The notes under the pieces were generated by a model. The model was given only the letters and a program-made list of their open reading frames with translations. It was not told the origin of the DNA and made no database searches. From Candidatus Heimdallarchaeota archaeon (GTDB taxonomy: Archaea; Asgardarchaeota; Heimdallarchaeia; Hodarchaeales; Hodarchaeaceae), in NCBI GenBank assembly GCA_011364965.1, contig RDOB01000007.1, forward strand, positions 62,335 to 126,334: a DNA stretch of 64,000 nt, in the 5' to 3' direction. Positions 49,692 to 60,781 of this stretch are shown one piece after another; positions within the stretch are counted from its first letter, which is position 1; every line of letters starts with the position of its first letter. Position numbers and translations under genes: made by a program.

Positions 49692-50330
49692 ATGTCGTCG
49701 GGAAAAACAATGAGCTTTTTTGAGATTAAAGACGATTTATATAAAGTCTGTCTGATCGGGGACGGGGGTGTGGGGAAAACGGCTATAGTAGAGCAACTCC
49801 TAGGAAAAGGCTTCTCCTCAACCTATAACCTAACAATAGGAACAAATATCTGTACATGTGCAGTTGAAATTGATGAGCGAAGGATCAAATACCAAATTTG
49901 GGATCTAGCGGGACAACAACGTTTCGAATTTGTCCGAGCGTCTTTTTATCGCGGATCACACGCTATAGTAATGGTATTTGACGTTACCAACCCAAATTCC
50001 TTTATAAATTTACGTGAGTGGAAATTTGAAGTTCTTCAGAACCTAAGAAAAAATCCTCCCAACATTCCAGTCTTATTATTAGGAAATAAATGCGATTTAC
50101 AAGAAAAACAAGTGATTGATTCATTAACGATAGAAAATTTTAGAGAAGAACTGAAGTTCGATTTTCAATCGGGAGAACCAGGGTTTCTATATACTAGCGC
50201 CCTCTCAGGGATGAACGTATTGGAAGCATTCGAAATCCTTGGCCATCAGTTATTGAAAAATAAGAAAGCAACCCCCTATCTAAATAGAGCACCAGATATA
50301 GTACCGGGGTCACTTGAAACAGTAGAATAA
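49692..50330 (+). CDS. Rab-like small GTPase
   Basis: GDGGVGKT, TIG, WDLAGQ, GNKCD, TSA. Confidence 0.92.
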   Translation: MSSGKTMSFFEIKDDLYKVCLIGDGGVGKTAIVEQLLGKGFSSTYNLTIGTNICTCAVEIDERRIKYQIWDLAGQQRFEFVRASFYRGSHAIVMVFDVTNPNSFINLREWKFEVLQNLRKNPPNIPVLLLGNKCDLQEKQVIDSLTIENFREELKFDFQSGEPGFLYTSALSGMNVLEAFEILGHQLLKNKKATPYLNRAPDIVPGSLETVE

Positions 50331-50390
50331 TTTCTCCAATTGTTTTGCTGTATAGAGATTATAGTAGTAATGCTTAGATCTATTCAATAC

Positions 50391-53033
50391 CTACTCCTCT
50401 TCCGAATAAGGACTTAAAATTCTTTCAGAATTGGAAGTATCCACATACTCCTCTTGAGGAGGAGATACAACGGTCGGAGGAGTCTTCTTCTTCGGAGCTT
50501 TACGGATACGATAAATAAGCAATATTAGAATTAAACCTAATGAAAAACCAAGGGTTTCAAGAGCATCTGAGATCATAGCAACGAGCAGGAGAATGGAAAA
50601 GGGATCACTTAGAATGACACTAAAAGGAAAGCTCGGAACCCCCAGAGGGATAAGTAATAGGAGATGTAAAGTACGTAGAAAAATCACGAACATCCCTAAA
50701 AGAAACAACCCAATCCGAATGAGGATTTTAGCTAGGCCAGATCCAGACATAATACGTCGAATCACAGAGGGAAAACTAGTATAAATCACCCAAGCAAAAA
50801 AAATACCTTGTAATTCAAAATACAGGCCATATAAAACAGATGTACTAATAAACGTCTCTTGACTAATCCAAGTAACCAGTTGATGCCACCAAGGGAGCTC
50901 AGAGAGTTGGATAAAGAAAAAAGTAGGATTTTCAACAAAAAAATAAGAAAGGAGGAAATTAAAGAGGTTAGAAATAACCCGATACAGCTCAAGGAGAAGG
51001 CTAATACCTAAAATTATGGTTTTATAATTCCAGTGGCTTTTAGACGCATCCAAAGGGCGAAAAATGTTACGTACCGAGGTACCGCCTGCAAAATTAAGAA
51101 GAAACATATAACAAATAAGAGGAAGACTAAAAACAATAAAAAGAAGCTCTAAAATTCCTAACTGAGATAAAAGGATAAATTGATTAGGAGAAGGAGGAGT
51201 AGAAAGATCTGTAGCAAAAAAAGTCTGAAAAAGAGTTAAAAGATCAGGAAGAAAAGTAGAATTAGAGATAATGGGTTCAAAAAAGATAAGAAGTTGCACA
51301 AAAAAAAGCCAAAGAGCAAAATAAATCCCAAAAATAATAGAGATTTTCATAAGAAAAAGAAAACCACGTCGAATCCATGATCGGTGAGGGGGCATTGATG
51401 GAGAACGAATGCGATCACGAGTCCAGAAGAAGAACGATAAGAGAGAACCAAGGAAAATAAGCGTAATCGCAAGGAAGAAGAGTCGATATCCAAGATCCAC
51501 AAAACTCTTAGCTGTTAAAAATGATACCTGATTCAAAAATTTTTCCCGACTGAGTTCACTAAACAAAATCACCATGAAAAAAAGCACGAAACTAGAAAAA
51601 AGCCACTCAATAAACCCCACTTGGACAACAATTGGAGGAGAAACCTTAGGAAGAGACTCAGAAATCACATCCTCTAAACTTTCCTGTGCTAATTGTGCCT
51701 GCAGTTTTTGATGCTTCTTAGTCAAACGACGATTTTCCCAACGCAGAACAAGAAAGAACATAAACGGTAACCCAAGAAAGATGAGGAAATTGATGGATAA
51801 AGATAAAACGGGTAAATAGGAAGCAATAGGGGTATCATCAATCCAAAGGGAGTAAAAAGAACTACTAGAAAAACCCGTGTTGATCTGAATTACCAAAAGC
51901 TCAACAGCTAAGGGAATTGGAATTTCTACAACATAGGGAAAAGCGTTAGGAAGATAAGCAGAGGAACTAAAAGCTCTAGCACCTGAACCTGCCATGAAAT
52001 TCGCGAAAGTAATCTCTTTCGTGAGATTCACGCGGCCTTCGAGATCAAATATCTGAATACAAACTCCTGGAAGATGAGTTTGAATAAAAACCGTACTAGT
52101 AGTTCGAATCGCTGAACTAAACAGATACACATCCGTTTGATCCTCTAAACCCGTGACTAGTTCGCTAACAGTTCCGATAATCCATGAACGCCCCTTAATA
52201 TGAGTATGAGCGATTAAAGCGGTCTCTAGATCATCAGGGGTATCAGTAGCTAAATCACCAAATTGTAATGAGGCACCCATTAAACTATTAGTCGGTAACA
52301 AAGGATTTGTATCCAATAAAAATTCAAGATAGTCAGATAGACCGTCATTGTCCGAATCAGGAGACAAATCAGCACGAACAGTGAACTGATAGTACAAACC
52401 CGCCCAATTTCCTGCAAGGTCACTCGCATATAGGTACAAATCATGACGACCCTCTTCCCGAGGAAACACGAGAAGATAGGGTTCTTCTAAACTTTGATTG
52501 CCTCCAGTATCCCACTGGTAAATCACACGATCAAGAAAAGGTTCATCAATCAGAAGCTGAAATAGAGTATCAGGAATCTGTATACTGTTATTCATAATAG
52601 GATCTAGGAAAATAAGAGGAGGAGAATCATCAGTAATAAAGTGGAAATGTTTATACTCCCAGGTATCAGCAACATCACGCGCATAGACATGAAGAATATG
52701 AGGGCCGTCACCTAAAGGTAAAGTAACGACATAGGGGGAAAAAAATGTCATATTAGGCTGAAAATCCCAGTGAAACGTGACCTCAGATAAAGAAATATTC
52801 CAAATAGTTAAATGGATTTCCGTACCAGATCGAAGAATCGAATTATTAGCAGGTGCGTCTAGAAAAATAGAATCTTCAGTAACTGAAAGAATCTTAAACT
52901 CCAGTTGGCTAGTTAAATCTCTGAGAGGAGAATAAGAGTCCTCTGCGGGTTGAAATAATTCGAGATGGAAGAAAAAAGGAGAAGAAAGCAGGAGGAATAC
53001 AAACAATAACATAACTACAGGTTTTTTCACCAA
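50391..53033 (-). CDS. Large membrane protein: extracellular Ig-like repeats, Ca-binding motif, multi-TM C-terminus
   Basis: Signal peptide, two related G.H.L..YA.D repeats, DSDNDGLSD..E, then many hydrophobic helices. Confidence 0.7.
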   Translation of the reverse strand: MVKKPVVMLLFVFLLLSSPFFFHLELFQPAEDSYSPLRDLTSQLEFKILSVTEDSIFLDAPANNSILRSGTEIHLTIWNISLSEVTFHWDFQPNMTFFSPYVVTLPLGDGPHILHVYARDVADTWEYKHFHFITDDSPPLIFLDPIMNNSIQIPDTLFQLLIDEPFLDRVIYQWDTGGNQSLEEPYLLVFPREEGRHDLYLYASDLAGNWAGLYYQFTVRADLSPDSDNDGLSDYLEFLLDTNPLLPTNSLMGASLQFGDLATDTPDDLETALIAHTHIKGRSWIIGTVSELVTGLEDQTDVYLFSSAIRTTSTVFIQTHLPGVCIQIFDLEGRVNLTKEITFANFMAGSGARAFSSSAYLPNAFPYVVEIPIPLAVELLVIQINTGFSSSSFYSLWIDDTPIASYLPVLSLSINFLIFLGLPFMFFLVLRWENRRLTKKHQKLQAQLAQESLEDVISESLPKVSPPIVVQVGFIEWLFSSFVLFFMVILFSELSREKFLNQVSFLTAKSFVDLGYRLFFLAITLIFLGSLLSFFFWTRDRIRSPSMPPHRSWIRRGFLFLMKISIIFGIYFALWLFFVQLLIFFEPIISNSTFLPDLLTLFQTFFATDLSTPPSPNQFILLSQLGILELLFIVFSLPLICYMFLLNFAGGTSVRNIFRPLDASKSHWNYKTIILGISLLLELYRVISNLFNFLLSYFFVENPTFFFIQLSELPWWHQLVTWISQETFISTSVLYGLYFELQGIFFAWVIYTSFPSVIRRIMSGSGLAKILIRIGLFLLGMFVIFLRTLHLLLLIPLGVPSFPFSVILSDPFSILLLVAMISDALETLGFSLGLILILLIYRIRKAPKKKTPPTVVSPPQEEYVDTSNSERILSPYSEEE

Positions 53034-53224
53034 AGAAGACCTCCTATGAGGTTAACGAGACACCCAGAATCTTCACTTATCTTAGCTTATCTACCCAACC
53101 AAGACTTAATTAAATTGATGGCCAAACATTATCGTGACTAACCAAAGAAAACAGTACAATTCAGGTAGATAATAAACAAAAAAGGAAAAAAAAGAAATAA
53201 AAAAGCGTGAAATCGGTGTTGCGT

Positions 53225-54115
53225 TCAATCAGCAATGGGAGCATAAAGATCTAACACAAAAGTATTGGGATCCATATTATGAGGATTGATATGATGCTCT
53301 AGCCATTGATGAGTCTTCACAAGCCTATATTTGGAAGCTTCAACACGTTTTACTAGCTTGCTCCAAGTAGGGCCAATATTTTCAGCCCCGCGGCAGGTCA
53401 TCACCGCATATAATCCCCCATCAAAGGATTTGACTGGTAAATCTGCATCCACTTGGAAATCATCATCAATCGTAATCCAGAATTCATAACCATAGCGAGG
53501 ATTATCTTTAGTGGGGTTGGGATTATTGAAACCATAGATTTGATGTTTATCAGGCCGATCAAATAAGCCTTTAGGTTTAGCCCAAGCTTCTAACCTGCCC
53601 CAAGCATCAAGTTCAGGGGATTCACTATCCTGCGCGTGAATGGATATGACACGCAAAGGAGGAAGACGAACAATTTTCAAAACTTCTTTTTCTTGAACCA
53701 TAGGAGTAACCTCAATGTCAGGATAGGGAGAGGTCTTCCCTATCATCTGTAACAACTGCTCCAGTCGCGCCTGCTCACGAAACTTGGCCTCCAGAAAGCT
53801 ATGGGCAATCCGCTCCAATAAATCATCCCCATCAAGTGTAATTTGATAAACTCCTTTCTCGGTCTTCTCAACCAAAGATTTATCCACTAAGACACTCAAA
53901 TGATGGGCTAAAGCACTTTTTTGGAGATCAATTTGCTCCTGCAACTCCTTAAAGGAAATAGGCCGACCACCAAGCATGTATAGTAGCAGCTCCATACGTC
54001 TTGGATGAGCTAAAGAATTGAGGAGATCCAGAATACCATCCAGTGATTGCAACATAAATTCTCGAAGCTTTGCTTTCGAGGTAAAGGGTGAATCAGAGGC
54101 AGTCATATGAAACAC
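53225..54115 (-). CDS. ArsR-type wHTH regulator fused to a GyrI-like effector domain
   Basis: LAHPRRMELL...LAHHLSVL; YGFNNP...YGYEFW, GGLYAV, WLE. Confidence 0.85.
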   Translation of the reverse strand: MFHMTASDSPFTSKAKLREFMLQSLDGILDLLNSLAHPRRMELLLYMLGGRPISFKELQEQIDLQKSALAHHLSVLVDKSLVEKTEKGVYQITLDGDDLLERIAHSFLEAKFREQARLEQLLQMIGKTSPYPDIEVTPMVQEKEVLKIVRLPPLRVISIHAQDSESPELDAWGRLEAWAKPKGLFDRPDKHQIYGFNNPNPTKDNPRYGYEFWITIDDDFQVDADLPVKSFDGGLYAVMTCRGAENIGPTWSKLVKRVEASKYRLVKTHQWLEHHINPHNMDPNTFVLDLYAPIAD

Positions 54116-54309
54116 ATTCCCAATATTCTAAAGCCTTGTTCCCGGAATATAAGTAGTTTTGGATTTCAAGCGAATCCAACTTCCAGTAAATAAGTAGAGG
54201 ACGGAGGCCAAAAACAAACGGAAGATTTGAACAAATAAGATAAAACAGGAAAAATGAAGGAAAGAAAAACTCGAATACATTCAAAAGGTAAAACGAATTC
54301 GGAACTGTT

Positions 54310-54756
54310 ATGTCACTCAAAGAGTACAATTACGGACATTGTGGAGTGTTCTGTGAAATGTGCCCCACAGGGAATCAGAAGATCGCAACACTGGCCATGG
54401 AGTTGCAAAAACTGACACAAGGAGAGTATGAATGGGCACAAGACAGTGTAAACTTTAGGTTTGAAGACTTAACAAAAGGATTGGACTGGCTATCGAAAGT
54501 TAACTGCCCAGGATGTCATCACATCACTGAACCGTGGTGTGAAGTGCTAAAATGTCGAAAAGCAAATACCCTATCTAGTTGTTTGCTGTGTTCAGACTTC
54601 TTAAAGTGCGAGCGGACAGAATACCATCGCAATCGGTATCCATTCGTAGTAGAACATCATGCTCGGGTAAAAGAGGTAGGATTAGAACAGCATCTAAAAG
54701 AAGAACGATGTAAAACCCAAAGAGGGGTTCAGCTGATCGATATCAGAAGCTTCTAA
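54310..54756 (+). CDS. Cys-rich DUF3795-like protein
   Basis: CGVFCEMC, CPGC, CEVLKC, CLLCSDFLKC. Confidence 0.75.
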   Translation: MSLKEYNYGHCGVFCEMCPTGNQKIATLAMELQKLTQGEYEWAQDSVNFRFEDLTKGLDWLSKVNCPGCHHITEPWCEVLKCRKANTLSSCLLCSDFLKCERTEYHRNRYPFVVEHHARVKEVGLEQHLKEERCKTQRGVQLIDIRSF

Positions 54757-54775
54757 GGATTAATCACTCCACTAT

Positions 54776-57700
54776 TTAACGTCTCTTTCTACGAATGATT
54801 ACTAAAAAAATACAGCAGAAGATTTGTATAGACCCTATAGGCCAAAGGACATTTTTTGTTGTCAGGGGAGTACTACTAGAAGTTCGAGTAGTAGAGGTGG
54901 AGGTTGGTACTAACAGGGTAAAAGATACTTCAGCAGAACCCAAATTCCCCGCAAAGTCAACAACCTCAATTCTAAGAGTATATATCCCAGAAGTGGAGAT
55001 TTCCACAAGATCAGAACCATTTAATTTAAATCCAATATCAATATTGTTTAGAAAGACAGTAAGAGAATAATTATACACTTCAACGACAGTATAGCATAGC
55101 TTAATGGGGATATCAGAGGTATAATATATACTACCATCTGCAGGAGACATTATTGTTACCCCAGGGGCAGTTAAATCAGATGATAACGAAAAAGTGGCCG
55201 AATCAATAACGATATTCCCTTCAGCATATAATTTCATCTGATAATATACCTCAAAACCATATACACCATCCGATAAATCATAGAATGCAGCGATACCATC
55301 AAAATCAGAAGTAACATTAGAAATGAAGGAACCATCGATATGATAAAGACTGACCATCATACCAGCAAGATTAGTAGCCTCGGAGACATCGGAAATTTGA
55401 ACCTGAAGATCAGCAGCATCTCCCTGTCTATCATAGTTATCAACCCGAGTAAAAATAGCTAACTCAACCCCATCAGTCATAATCTGGCCTGAACCGATTG
55501 TACGAGCATTATAAATCGCTTCCCAAGCACAGAGACCATCAGGGAGGTCAAAATAATTATAAATCCCGTCAACATTACTATAACCTGAAGAAAATATTGT
55601 ACCATTGAGAAATCGCAGAATAATCTGAACATCTGAAATAGGAGAGTAAACAGGAAACATAGAACTGTTATAAAAATTAATAAAGCAATCATCATTGTCC
55701 AGCTCTTCATCCAAAAGACCAATGGAGACTATTGTAACAATGCCAGTCTGTGTATCCAAGGATTGAGTTGATTCCGTCTCGATTGAATACTGAATTAAAG
55801 AACGCTTAGAAATGAAATTTAATCGAGTTACAGCACCAAATCCTGCAGTATAACTCTCATCCCCGATGTAAAGATTTGAATCACCTCCTATAAAACCAAC
55901 CCAACGTTGTGGGTGTTGATCCTGATTTTTAGTAACTTGAACCCAATGTTTCGCATAATCATATAATTCATATAAAGAAATTTTGGCATTATTGTCGTCA
56001 TCAGCAGTATCCGCGTCATAAAAAGGATCTAATGCGCGTTTGGTTGCACGAGGCCAATAAGAATGCTCATAAAACGCATGTGCAATCTCATCCCATTTAC
56101 AGGAGGTATAAATAGCCCGATTGGACTCCCCATCTAATTTCCCAATCCAATAACCAGAATGACAAGGCCCGAGGAATATATACATACGATCACAAGTGAT
56201 ACCATCAATCAAGGTATCAAATGCAGTTCCAGTGATTGTGTCACCATTTAGGGTGAAAGAACCATCTAAAATGGCAGCAGTAGTCTGATGAAGACTAAAA
56301 CCCCCATGACCTGTCCACCAGATTAAAACTTCATCCTCACCGTCCGCTTTTGAGGCAATATCATTAATAGCCCATGTTAAAGTCGATAGACTGGAGATGG
56401 CATCATAAGGAACAGGTACATTAGCAACCCAATCCATCGCTTCACAGGTCAAAAGATAGGTGTTCTCAGGAGTAAAACCATAATAATTAGTTAGGGTAAG
56501 ATACATCCCACGGGCATCATGGGTGAATCGATCCTCGGTTCCTCCACCAACAATCAACGCAAAATGCTCCTCTATGCCATTACCCCCAGGAACAACTAGT
56601 GGAAAGTGTAGAACATGAAAATCACCTGCAATATACGTTGTGAAATTCTGATACTGCCATTCATACCCACCAGTGATAACACAAAATTCATAGACTCCTA
56701 CAGGCAAGTTGTTAAAACGCCGAAAACCAGTATTATCACTCATATACACTGAACTCCAAGGCTCAGAGTTCCAGCGGTAACGAATCCAACCTTGATAGGG
56801 GTCACCAGTAAGAGCCTCTGTAATATAGACCTCAACATCATAAGTCGCACGGTAAAGATAAAGACTGGCGGCGCTAGAATCGCCAGCATAATCAATCGAA
56901 TGGTAAACAAAAGTATCCACAAATCCCGAATGTTGGGCAGTTACCTCGTACATACCAATATGGAGGCCCGTAATATTGACAAAACCATTCTCATCAGTGA
57001 TGCCTGAATAATACACATCATACTGACTTTTGGCAGTCACATAACAGGAAGGAATGGGACCCACATTGAATTCATAGACAGTAAATTCCATATACCCCGA
57101 TGTGTCTATCTGCTCCGTAACCTGATCAGCATAAATAGAGTTCACATCCCCCAGCCAATTAATGCTACTACTATGTGATTGAATACCCTCCTCAGAATAA
57201 ATATCAATAATATAATCTCCAATAGCAAGATTAGGAATTGAAAACGACCCAGAAGAACTGAAACCTGAAAAAAGGAGTTCTTCATTAGCATTACTGACAG
57301 TTATAAAGGAATTTGCAAGAGAATAGATATTTATAATCCCTGTACCAGCCGCGGGGATAAATTTATGGGAAATACCTTCATTAAACTCTTTGAAAGGATT
57401 AACATTAAAAAACCATTTCTTTTGAAACCCTGATTTTGAAATTTCAAGATTATATATGTCTAAAGGAAGATCAGAAAGCGTTACCATGCCAGTATCGTCA
57501 GACCAACCAGCTTGAACAAAAATATTATTAGAATCATAAAGCTTGACGAGAGCTCCACCAACAGGACGATTATAGGGGTCAGCAAGAGAAATCTGGAGAG
57601 GTATAACGCCCTCACGGTTAGTTAGGGAAAAATCTAGGGCTCGCGAATCATTGATCCAGCGAATTATCACCTCTTGTGTTTGATCAAAATAAAGAGGTGC

Positions 57701-58894
57701 ACTCACTGAAACACGATACATACCAGTTTCTAACGCAGAGAAGCTATAAGTACCAAAATCATTGGTGGAACCAGTCCGAAGAAATGTATCATCTGAAGCA
57801 TATAAATCCACTACCGCATTGATGATCGGAGTGGCATCCTCAGTAAGAACTTTGACAGTAATCGCCCCCTGATTTAAGGAACTGGATGTTAAAGACACAT
57901 ACAGACATTCAGAATCCAAGGGGTAATGGAGCTTGACTAATTTTTCTAAATCATTATAACTGTCCAAGTGGAAGAAAACAGAATATAATCCCATGTCTAA
58001 ATCAGTAATATTGACAAATCCCAAATCATCAGTCTGCTGATTAGCCACTATGTGGCCGAATTGATCCTGAACCTCAATGAACACGAAAGGTAACGTAGCT
58101 TTAGAAAAAATATCTCGAATATACATTTCAATAAACGCAGAGGCGGTATTAGCAGGAGATAGACACAGGGGGATGCGTATAGACTGGCCAAACCATTCAA
58201 CCTGAAAAGAGTGACTTTGATTTTGGAATCCAGTCTTGGAAGCAATAATCGTATACGTACCAACCGATAACGGAGTGAAGATAGTAAAACCTGAAGAATT
58301 AGTCCAATCAGAAGAAATAATTCCTAAATCCTCATCGAAGAGGGTAACCAATGTAGCCTCCAACGGAATTTGTTCTAAATCCTGAACCAGTACCTCAACA
58401 GCGGCCTTAAGAGCAGAATAAGGAATCAAAAAGATAGTTAGCTGTTTAAATTCTCCCTCAACGTCAAAAATTACCAGTTTTTTCTCAAGAGAATAAATCC
58501 GAGAATAACTCACCTCCACACGGTATTGCCCCAACTCCAAATCCGTAATATTAAGAAAACCATTCATATCAGTGAGACCAGAAGCCACCGAATTATCTGA
58601 AGCATTAAAAACCTCCACAAAAGCAGAGGCAAGTAAACTCGAATTAGTTGCATCCTTAACAGTAATTTCAAGAAAAGGTGGTTTAGATAAGACACTAGAG
58701 GTGTGAGCGGAAGATCGCATTAAAGAAGCAGAGGGAAAAATATATTCAGTCTCAGTAGGTGCAGATATACTCACAAGAAAAGGAGTGGACGAATACAAGA
58801 CACAAAATCCAAATAAAAAGAAAATTAAGAAAACAGAGCTTTTACTAAACAAAAAAGTAATCCTATAACGGGGCAAAATATCTTGGAGGGACAT
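54776..58894 (-). CDS. Surface-anchored protein with repeated prealbumin/CarboxypepD_reg-like domains and a clan CD (C13/caspase-like) peptidase domain
   Basis: Repeated TD..G...ITDL..G.Y units; FALIVGG, WWTGHGG, FLGPCHSG, ISLYELY, QHPQ; Thr/Ser linker, TM and RRKRR tail. Confidence 0.8.
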   Translation of the reverse strand: MSLQDILPRYRITFLFSKSSVFLIFFLFGFCVLYSSTPFLVSISAPTETEYIFPSASLMRSSAHTSSVLSKPPFLEITVKDATNSSLLASAFVEVFNASDNSVASGLTDMNGFLNITDLELGQYRVEVSYSRIYSLEKKLVIFDVEGEFKQLTIFLIPYSALKAAVEVLVQDLEQIPLEATLVTLFDEDLGIISSDWTNSSGFTIFTPLSVGTYTIIASKTGFQNQSHSFQVEWFGQSIRIPLCLSPANTASAFIEMYIRDIFSKATLPFVFIEVQDQFGHIVANQQTDDLGFVNITDLDMGLYSVFFHLDSYNDLEKLVKLHYPLDSECLYVSLTSSSLNQGAITVKVLTEDATPIINAVVDLYASDDTFLRTGSTNDFGTYSFSALETGMYRVSVSAPLYFDQTQEVIIRWINDSRALDFSLTNREGVIPLQISLADPYNRPVGGALVKLYDSNNIFVQAGWSDDTGMVTLSDLPLDIYNLEISKSGFQKKWFFNVNPFKEFNEGISHKFIPAAGTGIINIYSLANSFITVSNANEELLFSGFSSSGSFSIPNLAIGDYIIDIYSEEGIQSHSSSINWLGDVNSIYADQVTEQIDTSGYMEFTVYEFNVGPIPSCYVTAKSQYDVYYSGITDENGFVNITGLHIGMYEVTAQHSGFVDTFVYHSIDYAGDSSAASLYLYRATYDVEVYITEALTGDPYQGWIRYRWNSEPWSSVYMSDNTGFRRFNNLPVGVYEFCVITGGYEWQYQNFTTYIAGDFHVLHFPLVVPGGNGIEEHFALIVGGGTEDRFTHDARGMYLTLTNYYGFTPENTYLLTCEAMDWVANVPVPYDAISSLSTLTWAINDIASKADGEDEVLIWWTGHGGFSLHQTTAAILDGSFTLNGDTITGTAFDTLIDGITCDRMYIFLGPCHSGYWIGKLDGESNRAIYTSCKWDEIAHAFYEHSYWPRATKRALDPFYDADTADDDNNAKISLYELYDYAKHWVQVTKNQDQHPQRWVGFIGGDSNLYIGDESYTAGFGAVTRLNFISKRSLIQYSIETESTQSLDTQTGIVTIVSIGLLDEELDNDDCFINFYNSSMFPVYSPISDVQIILRFLNGTIFSSGYSNVDGIYNYFDLPDGLCAWEAIYNARTIGSGQIMTDGVELAIFTRVDNYDRQGDAADLQVQISDVSEATNLAGMMVSLYHIDGSFISNVTSDFDGIAAFYDLSDGVYGFEVYYQMKLYAEGNIVIDSATFSLSSDLTAPGVTIMSPADGSIYYTSDIPIKLCYTVVEVYNYSLTVFLNNIDIGFKLNGSDLVEISTSGIYTLRIEVVDFAGNLGSAEVSFTLLVPTSTSTTRTSSSTPLTTKNVLWPIGSIQIFCCIFLVIIRRKRR

Positions 58895-59017
58895 TGATAT
58901 TCCTCAGCGAAACAATAAATCCCTCTGTTAATGACGAGAGACTATAAATCATTTTACATTTCCAAAAAGAAACTTTATATCAGGGAAGAATGATGCAGAT
59001 CGTATTTCAAGGTATGA

Positions 59018-59599
59018 ATGAGGATGAAACGATTGCGAAAACTTCCCCTATTTTTAAGTATACTCATACTAGGAAGTGTATTTGGAACAATACAAGGATT
59101 AAGTGAACCAAGGGCTAGAATACCAACAGAAAGGATCGCACGAGACCCCAGTATCTTAATCTGGTCAGAAAATGGAAACATGGATTTAGAATTAACAGGT
59201 ATTCAAACAAATGCCACTATTTGGGGATATAGCATCAGGACAAACGAAGGTATCTTAACCCAAGACATCCTAGAAGAAGTAGTAGTACTGATCGTGAATG
59301 TACCACTATATCTAACAGTGACTCAAATAGTAGATATTGTGGATTGATATAACGAGGTATCAGGCAGTACCATCTGGATCATAGGAGATTCAGACTTTGG
59401 GGGATACTGGTATCCATGGGGAACCACTGCAGAACCACTGGGTGTAAACCACCTGATAATGGAACTAGGAGGACATATCTATCTGCAAGATGATGCAATG
59501 GAAGACCAAGTGATAAATGATAACGCTTATTATCGTGTGATAGCCAATGTCCCCAATACTACTGAAAATCCCGCTAGAACTATCACTAAGAAGTATTAG
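59018..59599 (+). pseudogene. Interrupted, probably truncated exported protein
   Basis: Signal peptide; the frame stays open for 83 further sense codons past TGA 59345-59347 (YNEVSGSTIWIIGDSDFGGYW...) to TAG at 59599. Confidence 0.6.
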
Positions 59600-59851
59600 G
59601 GAAGATTTGGGTGAATTGAAGGAATAAGCGAGCTATAGGATCGATTTTGCTAACCATCCATGAGGAGATTTCAAGGAGATTTCAGGATTATTTCAGGGGT
59701 ACTCTGTAATTATGGACTCATTTCACAAACTAGACTAAGAACAATCAGTCTATTCCCAATAGTATGGAAACAACTAAATACAAGAAGTCAGGTAAAAAAC
59801 AAGAATGTTGCGTTTAAGTTAACAGACAAGCACTCAAGGATATGAAAAATT

Positions 59852-60310
59852 ATGACACAAATGCAGGCTGGAAGGTCCAAAACATTGTCCATCGTAAAAT
59901 ATCTAAGTATATTAGCATTTCTAGTGCTTATCCTCGGGATAATGATTTATGACTACTTCTATTATGAGACAACTCTACTATATAGCGCATTAATGCCGTT
60001 CTCAGTGCTGGGAACTCTCATCCTGGTGCTAATTATGGCCTATTCAATCCGCCTGACCCATCCCAAGTGGAGAAATCGGTGGAGTCTATTCCTCCTAATA
60101 CTCGGATTCCTGCTGATCTTACTTGCCGTCTCAGCAGAAAAATTATTCTTGGGACTCCTATTACAGCTAGTGGTACTTGATGTAAATCTAGCAACAATGG
60201 TCACAGAAAAGCTCCTACCAATGCTAGGAAATTTCATCTGGATAGGAGGTGCCATAACAGCCCTCGGAGCACTAACATATCAACGTCATCGGTATGGAGG
60301 AAAATTATAA
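59852..60310 (+). CDS. Hypothetical membrane protein (about 4 TM)
   Basis: Four hydrophobic stretches in 152 aa. Confidence 0.65.
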   Translation: MTQMQAGRSKTLSIVKYLSILAFLVLILGIMIYDYFYYETTLLYSALMPFSVLGTLILVLIMAYSIRLTHPKWRNRWSLFLLILGFLLILLAVSAEKLFLGLLLQLVVLDVNLATMVTEKLLPMLGNFIWIGGAITALGALTYQRHRYGGKL

Positions 60311-60781
60311 GACTAAATCTCTCCTGAAAAACCAAAACACCCAATGCACACTCTGAGAACAAGTGCACTTAATAATAGCTAGAGAAATCCTTACATTTCG
60401 AAAATCCCAGCCTCAACTTTAAAAAGCCCTCACTTGTAGAAACGCAGAGAAATGCTCAGAGAATCCAACTAGGGAAAAATACACCCCGTAACAGCCCCCA
60501 AAGGACAAAAAAGTCGAATTTCCAGATGTAAATACTTCATCACTATATAAACTTTGCGAAAAGGTTTATAAGGGTGAAAGGAAAAAGTCTATCTATCGGA
60601 TGTAGAGCGAAGCGAACGGTCTCGGTGACACTGATTTTTCTTGCTGAATGAATTTTTATAAGCAAATGCTATCCCGCGAAGAGCGGAAATGTAATAAATT
60701 ACACTCCCTGCAGCAACCCCAGCAAGCCAGCATACACTACGACCAGACGAGCGCTCAAAAACAGAGGAGCAACCGAATAAT

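Noticed and set aside
4137-59599. Genome-wide TGA/TAG recoding, suggested by in-frame stops at Trp-like positions (4.2-4.5 kb, 6427, 59345)
   Set aside because: Intact conserved genes end normally at TGA (pyrI, pyrC, tfb) and TAG (ubiquitin, vps4) and use TGG for Trp; the 4.2-4.7 kb gene also has frameshifts, which fits decay
60590-60650. C/D-box sRNA or tRNA
   Set aside because: CTGA is present, but there is no convincing RTGATGA C box or D'/C' spacing and no cloverleaf
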